This document shows, piece after piece, positions 48,394 to 61,548 of a stretch of 64,000 nucleotides of DNA. This DNA is from Lytechinus pictus (lineage: Eukaryota). The notes below the pieces were generated by a model. The model saw only the letters and a program-made list of their open reading frames with translations. It did no database searches and was not told where the DNA came from. The stretch's first letter is position 1, and the number at the start of each line of letters is the position of its first letter. The stretch spans positions 62,001 to 126,000 of the forward strand of contig NC_087245.1 of assembly GCF_037042905.1 (NCBI RefSeq), in the 5' to 3' direction. The position numbers and the translations under genes are program-made.

Positions 48394-50820
48394 ATTCATG
48401 AACTTTCACTTTATGCTGTATTTTTATGTTGTTTCTCAATTTTCCTCCTTCGCGTTATTGCTTTATTCCGTAATTGTTAAACTCTATATAGGGCATTTTA
48501 TTATGTCCAACATTTTTGCGTATCTTTTCTACTCTTCCATCGTCACCCTATCATAAATGGATTTTGTCAATGTTAGCTTATTTTTATTTTCCTCAAGAAA
48601 GAGCAAGACGGACTATTAATGATACAGATGTATATTCCAAAGGTGATTAGCTACAAATACGGAATAAAGGAAAAACATATGTTAAAACGCAATTTGATTT
48701 TTTCGATGGGCAAATTGATTAAGGTGTTAGTATAGTGACAAACTTCACTAAATACGGGATAAAGCTTATAGAGAAAACGGAAAACTTGGTGAGCATAGGG
48801 ACGAATCAACCGAGATTCTAATAATTACTATTGACCGGAGGGCGGGAAAAGTGGTGTTCTGGGTTTGAAATGTCTGTCTGGGCGGGGGGTAGAGCGAAGG
48901 AAAAGTATATAAGGCAACAAAAATGGGAGGCATATTCGGGTGAGAGTATAAAATCTTCAACAAAATACGTAAAAACCGATATAGTAAAGTTGAAACGCAA
49001 TAATATATATATATTTTTTTTTTTTGGGGGGGGGGGGCATAATTATTTAGGTGCTAATAAAGAGTGACAATTAAGCTTCACCAAAACACGGAATAAAGTA
49101 ATAAAGAAAAGTTTGTGGGCATAAAGTACTAATGAATGATCGAGCCAAGATTCTTAATTCTCTATTGCTTTAGTCCGTATCAATTTGATGCAGTATAGAG
49201 TGACTGCATAAAAAATATACAGAATAAAGCAATACAGAAATGTTGGCATATTAAGGTGCTGGTATAAAGTGGCAAACTTATCAAAATACGGAATAAAGCG
49301 ATATAGAAAATTTTGAACACAATTTAATTTTCTGTGGGTATATTAAGGTGCTAGTATAGAGTGACAAACTTCATAAATATACGGAATAAAGCAATATAGA
49401 AAAGTCGGTGGGCATCTTAAGTTGCTAGTATACAGGCCCAAATTTCTTGAAATATGGAATAAAGCAAGAGAGAAATGTTCTCATTTAATTGATTCCTCAA
49501 AAATTGAATATGTTATTTTTATACAATTGTTTTACTAGTGATGATTCTGATTTTAATGTTATTGATATCAAATTTATTCACTATTTGTATATAGAACCTA
49601 AGTTACACTTTTATCTTTTTGTATATATTGTTAATCCATTTTAACAGGACCATGTTTAAAAACAGTGAATCTGAGCTTGTTATCCTGTATAAAGATATTT
49701 AAATAAATAAATAAATTTGTTACGTTTGTTTATAGTCTTCATTCTTTATGGTGTATATTGCTTTATTACGTGTCTCTGTGTTTTTTTTCTTCTTTTTTTC
49801 ATCTGTTCATGATTTTATTTATTCATGAACTTTCACTTTATGCTGTATTTTTATGTTGTTTCTTAATTTTCCTCCTTCGCAATATTGCTTTATTCCGTTA
49901 TTGTTAAACTCTATATAGGGCATCTTATTATGTCCAACATTTTTGCGTATCTTTTCTACTCTTCCATCGTCACTCTATCATAAATGGATTTTGTCAATGT
50001 TAGCTTATTTTTATTTTCCTCAAGAAAGAGCAAGACGAACTTTTAATGGTACAGATGTATATTCCAAAGGTGATTAGCTACAAATACGGAATAAAGGAAA
50101 AACATATGTTAAAACGCAATTTGAATTTTTTGATGGGCAAATTGATTAAGGTGCTAGTATAGTGACAAACTTCACTAAATACGGGATAAAGCTTATAGAG
50201 AAAACTTAGTGAGCATAAGGACGAATCAACCGAGATTCTAATAATTACTATTGACCGGAGGGCGGGAAAAGTGGTGTTCTGGGTTTGAAATGTCTGGCTG
50301 GGCGGGGGGTAGAGCGAAGGAAAAGTATATAAGGCAACAAAAATGGGAGGCATATTCGGGTGTTAGTATAAAATCTTCAACAAAATACGTAAAAACCGAT
50401 ATAGTAAAGTTGAAACGCAATAATATATATATATATATTTTTTTTGGGGGGGGGGCATAATTATTAAGGTGCTAATAAAGAGTGACAAGCTTTACCAAAA
50501 TACGGAATAAAGAAAAGTTTGTGGGCATAAAGTACTAAGTGATGATCGAGCCAAGATTCTTAATTCTCTATTGCTTTAGTCCGTATTAATTTGATGCAGT
50601 ATAGAGTGAGTGCATACAAAATATACAGAATAAAGCAATACAGAAATGTTGGCATATTAAGGTGCTGGTATAAAGTGACAAACTTATCAAAATACAGAAT
50701 AAAGCGATATATAAAATTTTGAACACAATTTAATATTCTGTGGGTATATTAAGGTGCTAGTATAGAGTGACAAACTTCATAAATACACGGAATAAAGCAA
50801 TATAGAAAAGTTGTTGGGCA
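48394..50820. repeat. ~1-kb direct duplication (48394-49460 and 49821-50820)
   Basis: ATTCATGAACTTTCACTTTATGCTG at 48394 and 49821. Paired ORFs 48831/50251 are near-identical. Confidence 0.9.
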
Positions 50821-53150
50821 TATTAAGGTGATAGTATAGAGTGACAAGCTTCATGAAAATACGGAATAAAGCAATATTGAAGAGTTGTTGGGCATATTAA
50901 GGTGCTAGTATAGAGTGATGAACAAGCCAAGATTCTAATAATTCGTGTTGGCCCGGAGGGCGAGAAAAGGGGTTTTCTTTTGGGGGTATATAAGCAGCGG
51001 ACAGGGGGATTGAAATGTCTGAGGGGGGATAGAGCGAAAATAGAAAAGTAGGAAAGCATATTTTAATCAAAATTCTTTTGGGCATATTAAGGTGCTAGTA
51101 TAGAGTGACAAGCTTCATGAAAATACGGAATAAAGCAATATTGAAAAGTTGTTGGGCATATTAAGGTGCTAGTATAGAGTGATGAACAAGCCAAGATTCT
51201 AATAATTCGTGTTGGCCCAGAGGGCGAGAAAAGGGGTTTTCTTTTGGGGGTATATAAGCAGCGGACAGGGGGATTGAAATGTCTGAGGGGGGATAGAGCG
51301 AAAAGAGAAAAGTAGGAAAGGCATATTTTATTCAAAATTCTTTTGGGCATATTAAGGTGCTAGTATAGAGTGACAAGCTTCATGAAAATACGGAATAAAG
51401 CAATATTGAAAAGTTGTTGGGCATATTAAGGTGCTAGTATAGAGTGATGAACAAGCCAAGATTCTAATAATTCGTGTTGGCCCGGAGGGCGAGAAAAGGG
51501 GTTTTCTTTTGGGGGTATATAAGCAGCGGACAGGGGGATTGAAATGTCTGAGGGGGGATAGAGCGAAAGAGAAAAGTAGGAAAAGCAAATTTTATTCAAA
51601 ATTCTTTTGGGCATATTAAGGTGCTAGTATAGAGTGACAAGCTTCATGAAAATACGGAATAAAGCAATATTGAAAAGTTGTTGGGCATATTAAGGTGCTA
51701 GTATAGAGTGATGAACAAGCCAAGATTCTCATAATTCGTGTTGGCCCGGAGGGCGAGAAAAGGGGTTTTCTTTTGGGGGTATATAAGCAGCGGACAGGGG
51801 GATTGAAATGTCTGAGGGGGGATAGAGCGAAAAGAGAAAAGTAGGAAAGGCATATTTTATTCAAAATTCTTTTGGGCATATTAAGGTGCTAGTATAGAGT
51901 GACAAGCTTCATGAAAATACGGAATAAAGCAATATTGAAAAGTTGTTGGGCATATTAAGGTGCTAGTATAGAGTGATGAACAAGCCAAGATTCTAATAAT
52001 TCGTGTTGGCCCGGAGGGCGAGAAAAGGGGTTTTCTTTTGGGGGTATATAAGCAGCGGACAGGGGGATTGAAATGTCTGAGGGGGGATAGAGCGAAAGAG
52101 AAAAGTAGGAAAAGCAAATTTTATTCAAAATTCTTTTGGGCATATTAAGGTGCTAGTATAGAGTGACAAGCTTCATGAAAATACGGAATAAAGCAATATT
52201 GAAAAGTTGTTGGGCATATTAAGGTGCTAGTATAGAGTGATGAACAAGCCAAGATTCTAATAATTCGTGTTGGCCCGGAGGGCGAGAAAAGGGGTTTTCT
52301 TTTGGGGGTATATAAGCAGCGGACAGGGGGATTGAAATGTCTGAGGGGGGATAGAGCGAAAAGAGAAAAGTAGGAAAAGCAAATTTTATTCAAAATTCTT
52401 TTGGGCATATTAAGGTGCTAGTATAGAGTGACAAGCTTCATGAAAATACGGAATAAAGCAATATTGAAAAGTTGTTGGGCATATTAAGGTGCTAGTATAG
52501 AGTGATGAACAAGCCAAGATTCTCATAATTCGTGTTGGCCCGGAGGGCGAGAAAAGGGGTTTTCTTTTGGGGGTATATAAGCAGCGGACAGGGGGATTGA
52601 AATGTCTGAGGGGGGATAGAGCGAAAAGAGAAAAGTAGGAAAGGCATATTTTATTCAAAATTCTTTTGGGCATATTAAGGTGCTAGTATAGAGTGACAAG
52701 CTTCATGAAAATACGGAATAAAGCAATATTGAAAAGTTGTTGGGCATATTAAGGTGCTAGTATAGAGTGACAAATTTCCTGAAAATACGGAATAAAGCAA
52801 TATTGAAAAGTTGTTGGGCATATTAAGGTGCTAGTATAGAGTGATGAACAAGCCAAGATTCTAATAATTCGTGTTGGCCCGGAGGGCGAGAAAAGGGGTT
52901 TTCTTTTGGGGGTATATAAGCAGCGGACAGGGGGATTGAAATGTCTGAGGGGGGATAGAGCGAAAAGAGAAAAGTAGGAAAGGCATATTTTATTCAAAAT
53001 TCTTTTGGGCATATTAAGGTGCTAGTATAGAGTGACAAATTTCATGAAAATACGGAATAAAGCAATATATAAAAATTGTTGGGCATATTAAGGTGCTAGT
53101 ATAGAGTGACAAATTTCCTGAAAATACGGATTTAAGCAATATAGAAAAGT
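50815..53150. repeat. 264/265-bp satellite-like array (~8 copies) built from ~74-bp and ~190-bp subunits
   Basis: GGGCATATTAAGGTGCTAGTATAGAGTGA starts each subunit. The period shows in ORF ends at 51087, 51352, 51616, 51881, 52145 and 52410. Confidence 0.95.
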
Positions 53151-54182
53151 TGTTGAAGTTCATGAAATACGCAATAAAAACGATCGAATGTCGACCTTTA
53201 GAAATAGCACCGAAATACTTCACATCCCCGATCCCCTAAAAAAAAAAAAACCATGTTGAGGTTCGATCCACAAACGCTTAGATGCCTACGTATTATGCAC
53301 TGCGCCGCGCTCACCTATTCACTCGTCGTAGTGAAATTAAGATTTATATATACCGCGTAAAGCTTTACCAACAAAAAAAAATCCGGGACGGGCGCAAAAC
53401 GCACACATATGAACACACGGGTACAGTGCTTCGCGAAGCGAAGCACTGTGTGTGTTCATATGTGTGCGTTTTGCGCCCGTCCCGGATTTTTTACTTAGAT
53501 GAGCGGTATTAATGGCGGCTGGGCATATTAGCTAATATGGCCAAAGTGCATAGGCCATAGCTTTAGGTCCCCCATATACAGATTACAGTTACTGAGGAGT
53601 CTGACTCTAATTTTCTTTTTAGATTAACGTACCGGTATATACATGTAGGCTTAAAATTTATTAGACCAAAAAAAGCTTTGGTCTCTGTTATGTTGGTTGT
53701 TCAGCTGAACTCCGTTGGCTTCACTCACCAAATACAGAGACCGAAGTTATAGCACGATCTGTACAGGGGACTCAATGGCCATATGTTTATGTATATAACT
53801 AAGTTCGGATAAAACAGGGAGGTGAAGTTGCGCGACAGCCAAGCCCGAGGTTAGTCACTGTTTTTGTTCCTTTTATTTACTTGATTTTCCCCCGTTTTTT
53901 TGGCAATTAATGCCAAGAGGGAATATTAATTTGCATTTCGGACGCGTTAATTTTCAAAAGTTTGATTCATTAAAGACAAAAATTGAGCAAAAAAGAGCCC
54001 CGACGGGGGGATTTTGCATTGTAAGTCCCCTAATCATGGTAGTTGCACGATAGCGAGCCGTCTGTGTACGACTAAGTTACGAGGAGAAATTTAAAAATTA
54101 AAAAAAATTAAAAAACTCCTCGAAACAGACGGCTGCCAGCTGTCTAAAAATTTATAGGCTCCTAATCTAAATTTCGACCTAC

Positions 54183-54194
54183 CTTCTCACCCAT
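54183..54194 (-). CDS. LKAAEAR1: LKAAEAR1-like exon 1 coding part (MGEK)
   Basis: AACATGGGTGAGAAG|GTAGGT in a CpG-rich region, phase 0 matches exon 2. Confidence 0.6.
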
Positions 54195-54480
54195 GTTCCT
54201 AAAGTATTAAGAGCACCTTGACCTTCTGAGTGAAGTATTCTGCAAAGCCAGCCTAACTAAGTCAGTTGGGTCGCAAGTTTTCTCCTATGTCGGGCACCAA
54301 TGCAGCCAGGCCAGCTCAGCTGAGCTGGGTAAGACGACGTTGACGTGTCCGATGACTGTCTGTCTGTGACTGACTGTGTCTCTGTGGCGCGCGAAAGTTT
54401 ACACAGCACAGCTCTTTCTTGTTTTGTAAATGTCAGCCGAGTAGTAGGCCCTATATTTGGAAAATTAGAAATCCAGGTAA
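54195..54480. promoter_or_regulatory. Candidate bidirectional promoter and non-coding plus-strand first exon
   Basis: CpG-rich unique sequence upstream of the LKAAEAR1 ATG. Plus-strand donor CAG|GTAAGA at about 54476/54477. Confidence 0.4.
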
Positions 54481-56455
54481 GAGATCCACTATAGTACTTC
54501 GGAAACTATAATTTGAACCCAAAAATAGGCCTAAGGACAGCTACAGCCTACAGCAGATCGACTCTCATTCTCTCTCCCCCTCAGCTAAACGCCGTCGGGT
54601 ACGGGTACGGTATACGGGTATCAAACTTTTACAGGCGCTAGCGCTAGGCTAGACCGGTGTCATAGCGAATTGGCCCGGATACTGGCGGTCCAAAACGGCT
54701 AGCTGATTAGTACCGCCAGTAAAAAAAACGGCTAGTCGATCGGGCCCGCCAGATCCAAATGACTGGTTCAAATTTTGGCCGAAATGATAGGAGAGCCGCC
54801 GTTTGGTTCCACATTTATCAAATCTTTCTAAGGTAGATATTATAATTATTTACTTTGATAAATGTTTCAAAATATATCTTTTAATTTTTAATGTAATCTT
54901 AATATTATCTTGATCGATTTCTATAATTCTGTTTAAAGCCATAAAGGTAATAAATATATTCTATAGATATTTGTTTTGATCAAATGTTTCAATATATATA
55001 TTGGTGTAATTTTTAATGTAATTTTAATACCATTACAGGGCCGATTATTTCTATAATTCTGTCCAAAATCAAAAATGTTGGTCTAGATAAGAGGTATTCC
55101 AGCCTCGTACGGTACCAATAGGCTACACTTTTTTTTCGCACGCGACGTGCATATATTGCAGCGCTGGAAAGTTGACATACGGTACCGTACCACTTCTCTT
55201 TTTTGGAGTAGGAGCTAGTTTTCAAACAATATTTGACTTTCTGATTGTAAACATGGACCGTGATTTTGTTTATCTAATGCGAGGACATCTCGCACTACCT
55301 CAGGCATGGGGGTTATCTGTTTGCACACAATACCCCTTTTGACATATAATATTCTCTGAAAATTGTGTCAAAATCTATATATAACAAATTATATCTTTTA
55401 TTAAAAATGACATTTTGCAATTTGCTCGCTCGCAGCTACAAACAAAATTCCCTCGTGCGCCAAGTCTGCCCTCTCAAAACTTTTGCCTCATTACGCCACT
55501 GGGGTAGACAGTAGACTTTTTTCTTTTAAAATTGTTCTTTGTTTTAAGTTCACTTTTCAAAAGAGGAAGTGCCCCCCTTTTCCCCGTGCCCCTCCCACTT
55601 TCAAATTTGCTCCGCCGCCCCTGCTTATATTATTCTCCTTTTCTTAATTATGTATACATTATTTTGGTGAAATATATAGCGGTGCCATCCTTTAATGATC
55701 AGTGAAAAAAAATGACAATGACTTATTGCGTCAATTTAGCTTTGATGATCGTAAGAAGCTACGACCAGTTTTGAATAGTCATAAATAAAATATATATACA
55801 CCTGTGTGTGTGTGTTTGCTTATGTCAGCACCAAAGGCCCCCCCCCCCCCCCCCCCCCGTTTAAGGTCAATTTGGCGGCCCCTCATATACAGGTCAATTT
55901 GATGCCCCCTAAGTAATTTAATGTCAGTTTGTCCCGCCCCCCATGTGAAACATGAATCAGCGCCCCAGGCCAAACATCAAATTGCCGCCCAAAAGTCGAA
56001 CATAATTATGATCAATTCGCCCACGCTCTTATATTATCCCCCCCTTGTCCCCCTTCCTCTTTCCTTTCCTCCCCCCTCCTTAATTCCCTCTTCCTTTTTT
56101 CCCCTTTTCTCTTTTTATACTTTCCCCCATTTTTTGCGATGTCTTCTTCGAATCTCCCTTTTTTTCTTTCCCTTTAATTTTCATCTATTTCCTTCTCCTT
56201 TTTGGCACCTCCTTTTTGGACTACCCGGGGGCCCTTAGTCCCTAACCCCCCCCCTAAAAAAAAAGAAAAACAAATTTATGTGCATGTGTGTGTGTGTTTG
56301 TCTCAATGAGGTGTCACTGAGAGTTTCCTGTGTTTTTGGCAGCCTTGTTGAACTATTAAGCTTTTAGTTCTTTTATTGATATATTATTATTTTTTTCTTT
56401 TCTACTTACTTTGGGGGTTTTGATGAGTACGCAGCAGTGTTTACCTCCACCCACC

Positions 56456-57817
56456 CAATGGCGTAGCTAGGGGGGGCCTGGGGGGGCACGTGCCCCCCCT
56501 GAGATTTGGTGTGCCCCCCCAGGTGCCCCCCCTGAAAAAATTGGCAGAGCAAAAAAGAAAAGGGAGAAAGAAGAAAAGAAAAAAGGAAATGAAGAAGAAA
56601 GACAGAAGAAAAAAAAGAAGAGGAAAATAAGAGAAGGAAGACGAGTGAATGAAATAATGTGAGGGGAAGACTTGCAAAAAAAAATCTTTCATGTTACTAT
56701 ATAATTTTTTTGCTTGCGCTTCGCGCCAGAATTGCCTGTTCGATGAGATTCATATCTTGCCCAATAGGCTGATATGGAGCTAGTTTTGAAGTCAATATAC
56801 AAAACATATTTGCGCAGGGACATCGAGCTTTCATTATTTTTTTTTTCATTTACAAATTTAAGTGATCTGTAAAATGTCCGTTTTATGGTCTGCATATCAG
56901 CATTTTAAGCTCACGCTGCTTGGTCACATTGTTTGATTTGCCAAGTTCATATTGTCTACGTGTATTCCATAATGTTCCATTAAATAAATGTATTCAGAAT
57001 GCCCAGGTCTAAATCTAAAACATGCGCGATAGCCTGCATGTTCTTTATTTAAAATGTAATTAGATTATCCAGTTTCACATCAGAATATCGATAATTGTTT
57101 GCTCACGCTTCACGATCGCATTATTAATGATACCCAATTAACTACATCCTATTTATGATTTACAAAATATGAATAGAGTGTCCCGCTTTTAGGTCTAAAA
57201 TCTCAATTTTCTTCCCCTCGCGCTTCGCGCTTGCATAAATAAATTGTTTAGTTACATACCTATCCCATTTATTGATACAAAAAGTGCTTAGAATGACCAT
57301 CTTTTAGGTCGGAATGTCAAAAAAAATTGCTCGCGCTTCGCGCTCGCATTATTGAAATATATACCGTCTTCGCGGGTAACTGTAAGCAGTCCTTAACAGG
57401 TCCCTTTTCGATAATGCTAGAACAGTTAATAAAAATTTCTGCTCGCGCTTGGCGTTCGCAGTAACCATCTAGTTACATACGAATCTTGTTCAGGATCACA
57501 CATAACATTGCCCAGAATATTAAATTTTCAGGACAAAATACATGAAAGAAAAAAAAAATCGCTCGCGCTTCGCGCTCGCACTTTTTATAAGGCTTATGAG
57601 ATTATTTCATGTTTATGGTGTTTTATAAGAATAAAACTAAGAAGTGACTGATCGGGGAAAATGTAGGTGAAGATAATTTCGGGCCCCGTCCCCTATTGGC
57701 GAAAGTGGGATCCGCCCTTGTGACACATACACACACACCGGAAAAAATGGTGCCCCCCCTGAAAAAGCAAGGACCCCCCAGTGCCCCCCCAGGAAAAAAA
57801 TCCTAGCTACGCCACTG
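56456..57817. mobile_element. hAT-like MITE
   Basis: CA(A/G)TGGCGTAGCTAG TIRs, exact 8-bp TSD CACCCACC, internal GCTCGCGCTTCGCGCTCGC repeats. Confidence 0.9.
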
Positions 57818-57846
57818 CACCCACCCTCAGCACACCAGTCGCCATC

Positions 57847-58365
57847 CTGGATCTGGATGTGTACACTGCTGGACCAATTGGTATGAATGCAGCGGGTGAG
57901 AGAGGGCACGGTGATATTTAGTCGTATCGTAGGTAGCTCTTTTCGATCTTTGACTTGAACCCCTCTAGTGATGTGCTGTTCACTGTGTCAGGTGGGAGAT
58001 GGTTCCAAGCCAGAGGGGTACTCACAAAAAAAGATTGTTTTAATTGTTCAGTGTTTGTTGATTGAATAGTGTAACCTTTATTGTGGTTCACTACTTGTCT
58101 TTCTAAGATATTCTGTGCTTGAAAGTCTTTAAATTGTTTTGTTTTGACTTTCCGTTTTGGCCTTGATTTAGTCAAGAAATTCTCAATAGGAAGGGCTGGG
58201 ACCAACCCCTCGACCACCTTGAAGAAGGAAGATAACTTCAGGACTTGTCGTCTTGAGGATAGTGTTGGCAGATTTAGCTTTTCTCTCATGCTGGTGATAC
58301 TGCCTGGGTTGCGAGATGTGTAGTCACCTGTGATGAACCTCACAGCTCTGCGCTGAATCCTATCC
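57847..58365 (-). mobile_element. CR1-clade LINE 3' fragment
   Basis: ORF 57918-58343 (RFITGDY...SFFVSTPLAWNHLPPDTVNSTSLEGFKSKI) is a typical CR1-group C-terminus. (ATCCAG)n tail. Confidence 0.85.
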
Positions 58366-59589
58366 TATTTCTTGCACCGGTTTCTTACTTGAGTAATGAA
58401 GACATATAGATCCATACAAAATCGAATTAGTTTACACCCCGAATAGCACAGGCGTACACATTTAGGGAGCACTCAGTGTGAATATGGCTTCGTGGCCCCA
58501 CACAGCTGTAATCAATTGAAAGTGTGCTAAAATAATGCATAAATTATATATTTCCAAAACATATATACATCTCTATGTCCCAACATAAGATTCTCAAATG
58601 GCAACTGTAGGCCTACTGTTCTGAGTGGGTGTGGTTGATTTGGAGGAGCCAATTGGTTGAAAATGACTACTGGAATTTCACATTTTTGCTGAAGGGACGT
58701 CAAAGTTGCATGAACGGCGTATAGGAACAAATCGCCTGGTCGGAACAAATCGGCTATGACGATCGCATCACACAACAAAATTCGGAACAAATCGGCGGAT
58801 AAAAGAGCCGCCGATTAGTTCCTCCGGCCCCGATCGGCTGCCCGGTCCAATTCTCTATGACACCGGCTAGGCTCGGGAGAGCTAGCGAGCTTTATTTATA
58901 TTTGCGTCGCGTCGCGTGGCAGCGCAGCCAATGTTAGACGTAATCAGCACTTTGAAGGCATATTATTGTTTGCTTCTTTTTTTTGTCAATATAAGACTTA
59001 AAAAATTACGTGTCGCTTTCAAATTTTTTTTAAATATTCGTTTTAGTCTTACAAATAATTTTTCCAAAATTGATATTTAATGCTATAATCAATTTAAAAT
59101 AAAATTTATTGGATTGTGACTGTGCTACACACAGCTAAGTGAATCGATAATGACATGTGATCGATTACATACATGTCAGGTGATAGCTACATGTAGCCCA
59201 CGTGACGACTCGACTCCAAAATGAAGGTTGGTTGAATCATGATGTTGATGCTGTCGACGTCAGCTGACTGAGCTGAATGAGAGTGTATAATTTAAAGCGC
59301 TAAAAGAAAAGTAACAGTCTACTAAACTGCTCTGGGTCTGGCACAATCGTTGCGTGGCGTGGTTGTCCAACTCCAATACAGTTTCCACCAGAATCAATCA
59401 TGCTGAAAACTGGTCTGGTGAATCGAATCTGATTAGGCCCTATATTATATTAATAAATTATACTACCGGTACTACTACTAGCTCTGACGATGACTGAGCG
59501 TGAGGGCAGCTGAGCTAAGTTGATCTAGCCTAGCCTAACGACGTGGAGAGTAGACTGAGTAGAGTAGTGAGCAGGAACTCCTAACAAAT

Positions 59590-59652
59590 ATGGATGGAGC
59601 TAACCAAGTTAGTGATGAAACCACACCACTTGCAGTCGCACAACAATTCAAG
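59590..59652 (+). CDS. Candidate first coding exon of a divergent gene (MDGANQVSDETTPLAVAQQFK)
   Basis: AATATGG start context, 21 open codons, AAG|GTAGGT donor, CpG-rich upstream sequence. Confidence 0.5.
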
Positions 59653-61370
59653 GTAGGTATTTAATCACTCCTACAGGGCCTACAGTTAGGGTGTCTGTTA
59701 CTGCGGCAGCCCGAACACGTACTGTGTTCGGGCTGCGTTGTGATTCACCCCGACTCACCAGATGAAATCAGATGAGCATCGGGAATCAATCAAAAATACA
59801 TAAAATTGCACAAAACTGTTACAAAGGAATCAATTCATACTTACAACTTAAGCCGCAATATGGGCGGCCCTCAAAACTTCGAAATAATTCCCCAAAACGA
59901 AGCAAAAACGTCGGAAAATTTTGCCGGTGTGCATTAAAACTCGTTCGTAGTTCGTAGCAATGGAGGATTGATATAGCCTTTTGACGAGGCAACGAGATAA
60001 ATTGATTTTTATTACCAAACGGGCAAAAAACAAAAAACAAACGATAAAAGAGAAAAAATACTTTAAAAATAAAATAATAATTGAATATGCGATTTCAGTA
60101 AGTTCTTATTATCATCAGATCCTGCCAATACCACTAAAGTCCATTATAGATAATATAACAGAATGCCCCGACAAAAGACTATCATTTGATGCGTCGGATA
60201 GAGATTGTTATGAATATTCATGAGTCTAGTTCTGTAAATTCTTGCTTCACCCTTTGCCTGGCAACTATTTTAGCTTCGGCTTTTTCTTTGAAAGAAGTAA
60301 CATATTTTCGTTTGAATTATTTGTTTTTCTTTCTCCTCCATTCTTTTCTTTTGTTCTGTTTTATTTTCTTTTCCCCCTTTTTTATTTTTATTTTTATTTT
60401 TTCCTCTACCTTCTTTTCATTTTTGGGGTCTGTTTTCTTTTTCTTTCTTCCCTTTTTTTAAATTCTTCTCTGTATTTGCTCTTTTTTCTTTTTTCCTTTT
60501 TTTCTTCGTCATTTTTCTTTTTTTTGGGTCTTTATTCTCTTTGTTCTTGTTTCTTCATTGTTTTCAAGAGATTATGCACATGGTATCGTACTACACGTTT
60601 TTTTTAATTATTATTATTATTATTGGAAACTGTATAGATATATGTAAATAAAAAAGTGAAGAAATAAATGAACACTCATATATTAAAGGAATATATTCGT
60701 TGATCAAAATTATTGAGTGATCAGCAAACCATCTCTTTAAGATTTTGATGCCTATTTCTGGAACCCAGCCTCTGACAGGGCTTTGCTGGCTTAGCCTAGA
60801 GGACTCCGTGATGCAAAATGATTTTAAAAATATCACGAAATCCAATGCTGGCTCCCACATATTTTTTTCTCTCTCTCTCACTTGTTATGTTTTCCATTTT
60901 GTTTATTTTGTATACTGTGCATGTATCCTTAGTTTTAATTTCAATTGTATGTTGTATGTTTTAATGATAATTTAAAATAAATGAAATGAAAATATATGCA
61001 AATTTCATTATCATCCAACAACCATTTTCATACAATTGATGCCTATTAATTTGTATTATGTTTGAACGGAGATGTGATTATAATTCATATGTTTGTTTAT
61101 AAATCAATATGTTATCTTTCATCTTGTTGGCATTTTTAAGCTTCAATAATTGGTTATATAAATCTCTGCGGGATAAGTATAAGCCTATAATTACTAAGAA
61201 TTGAGTTGCTCATTATAGGACGCATAAAGTCGCCGCAAATCCTGCTTGTCTGATTGTTTTCCAGGTGTCCAAAAGGGTTTTTTCCTAAAGACATCCCATT
61301 CTTTATATTGTTTTTGCTTAAGAATTAATGAAAATCATGGTGACGCTAAATCAGCTTATATACTTCTGAT

Positions 61371-61548
61371 ACCATTGGTGGCGGAAGCCAAAAAAATCAG
61401 GGGTCCACCTGAAATTGAAATTTTGGGATAGACACAGGTAAAAAAAATTGACAAGCAAAAAAAAATTATCAACAAAAAATTTAGGGGGGGGACCGTCCCC
61501 CATCTCAAATTTAGGGGGGACAGGTCCCCCTCCGCTTCCGCCGCCTAT
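61371..61548. mobile_element. Small hAT-like MITE
   Basis: CATTGGTGGCGGAAGC ... GCTTCCGCCGCCTATG termini. Confidence 0.6.

Larger units (their letters stand above)
47027..53542. mobile_element. 6.5-kb non-autonomous DNA transposon (Merlin-like) loaded with tandem repeats
   Basis: Imperfect 34-bp TIRs GGCCAAATTCGCTATTGTGCCCAAGCGCCATTAA / TTAATGGCGGCTGGGCATATTAGCTAATATGGCC, exact 8-bp TSD AAAGTGCA (47019-47026, 53543-53550). No transposase ORF seen. Confidence 0.8.
54658..58862. mobile_element. Ginger-like non-autonomous DNA element with nested inserts
   Basis: TGTCATAG.GAATTGG.CCGG TIRs (TGT...ACA) with CCGG on both sides (54654-54657, 58863-58866). Subterminal GGAACAAATCG repeats. Confidence 0.75.

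Noticed and set aside
50815..53150. CRISPR-like 29-bp repeat with spacers
   Set aside because: The spacers are themselves repeated near-identically and alternate between about 45 and 160 bp. The context is eukaryotic and there are no cas genes.
50823..53223. Series of near-identical 62-87 aa ORFs
   Set aside because: Artefacts of the 265-bp satellite. Frames change with single-base indels.
60186..60607. Phe-rich ORFs (also 55921-56238, 56441-56692)
   Set aside because: Low-complexity pyrimidine/purine tracts.
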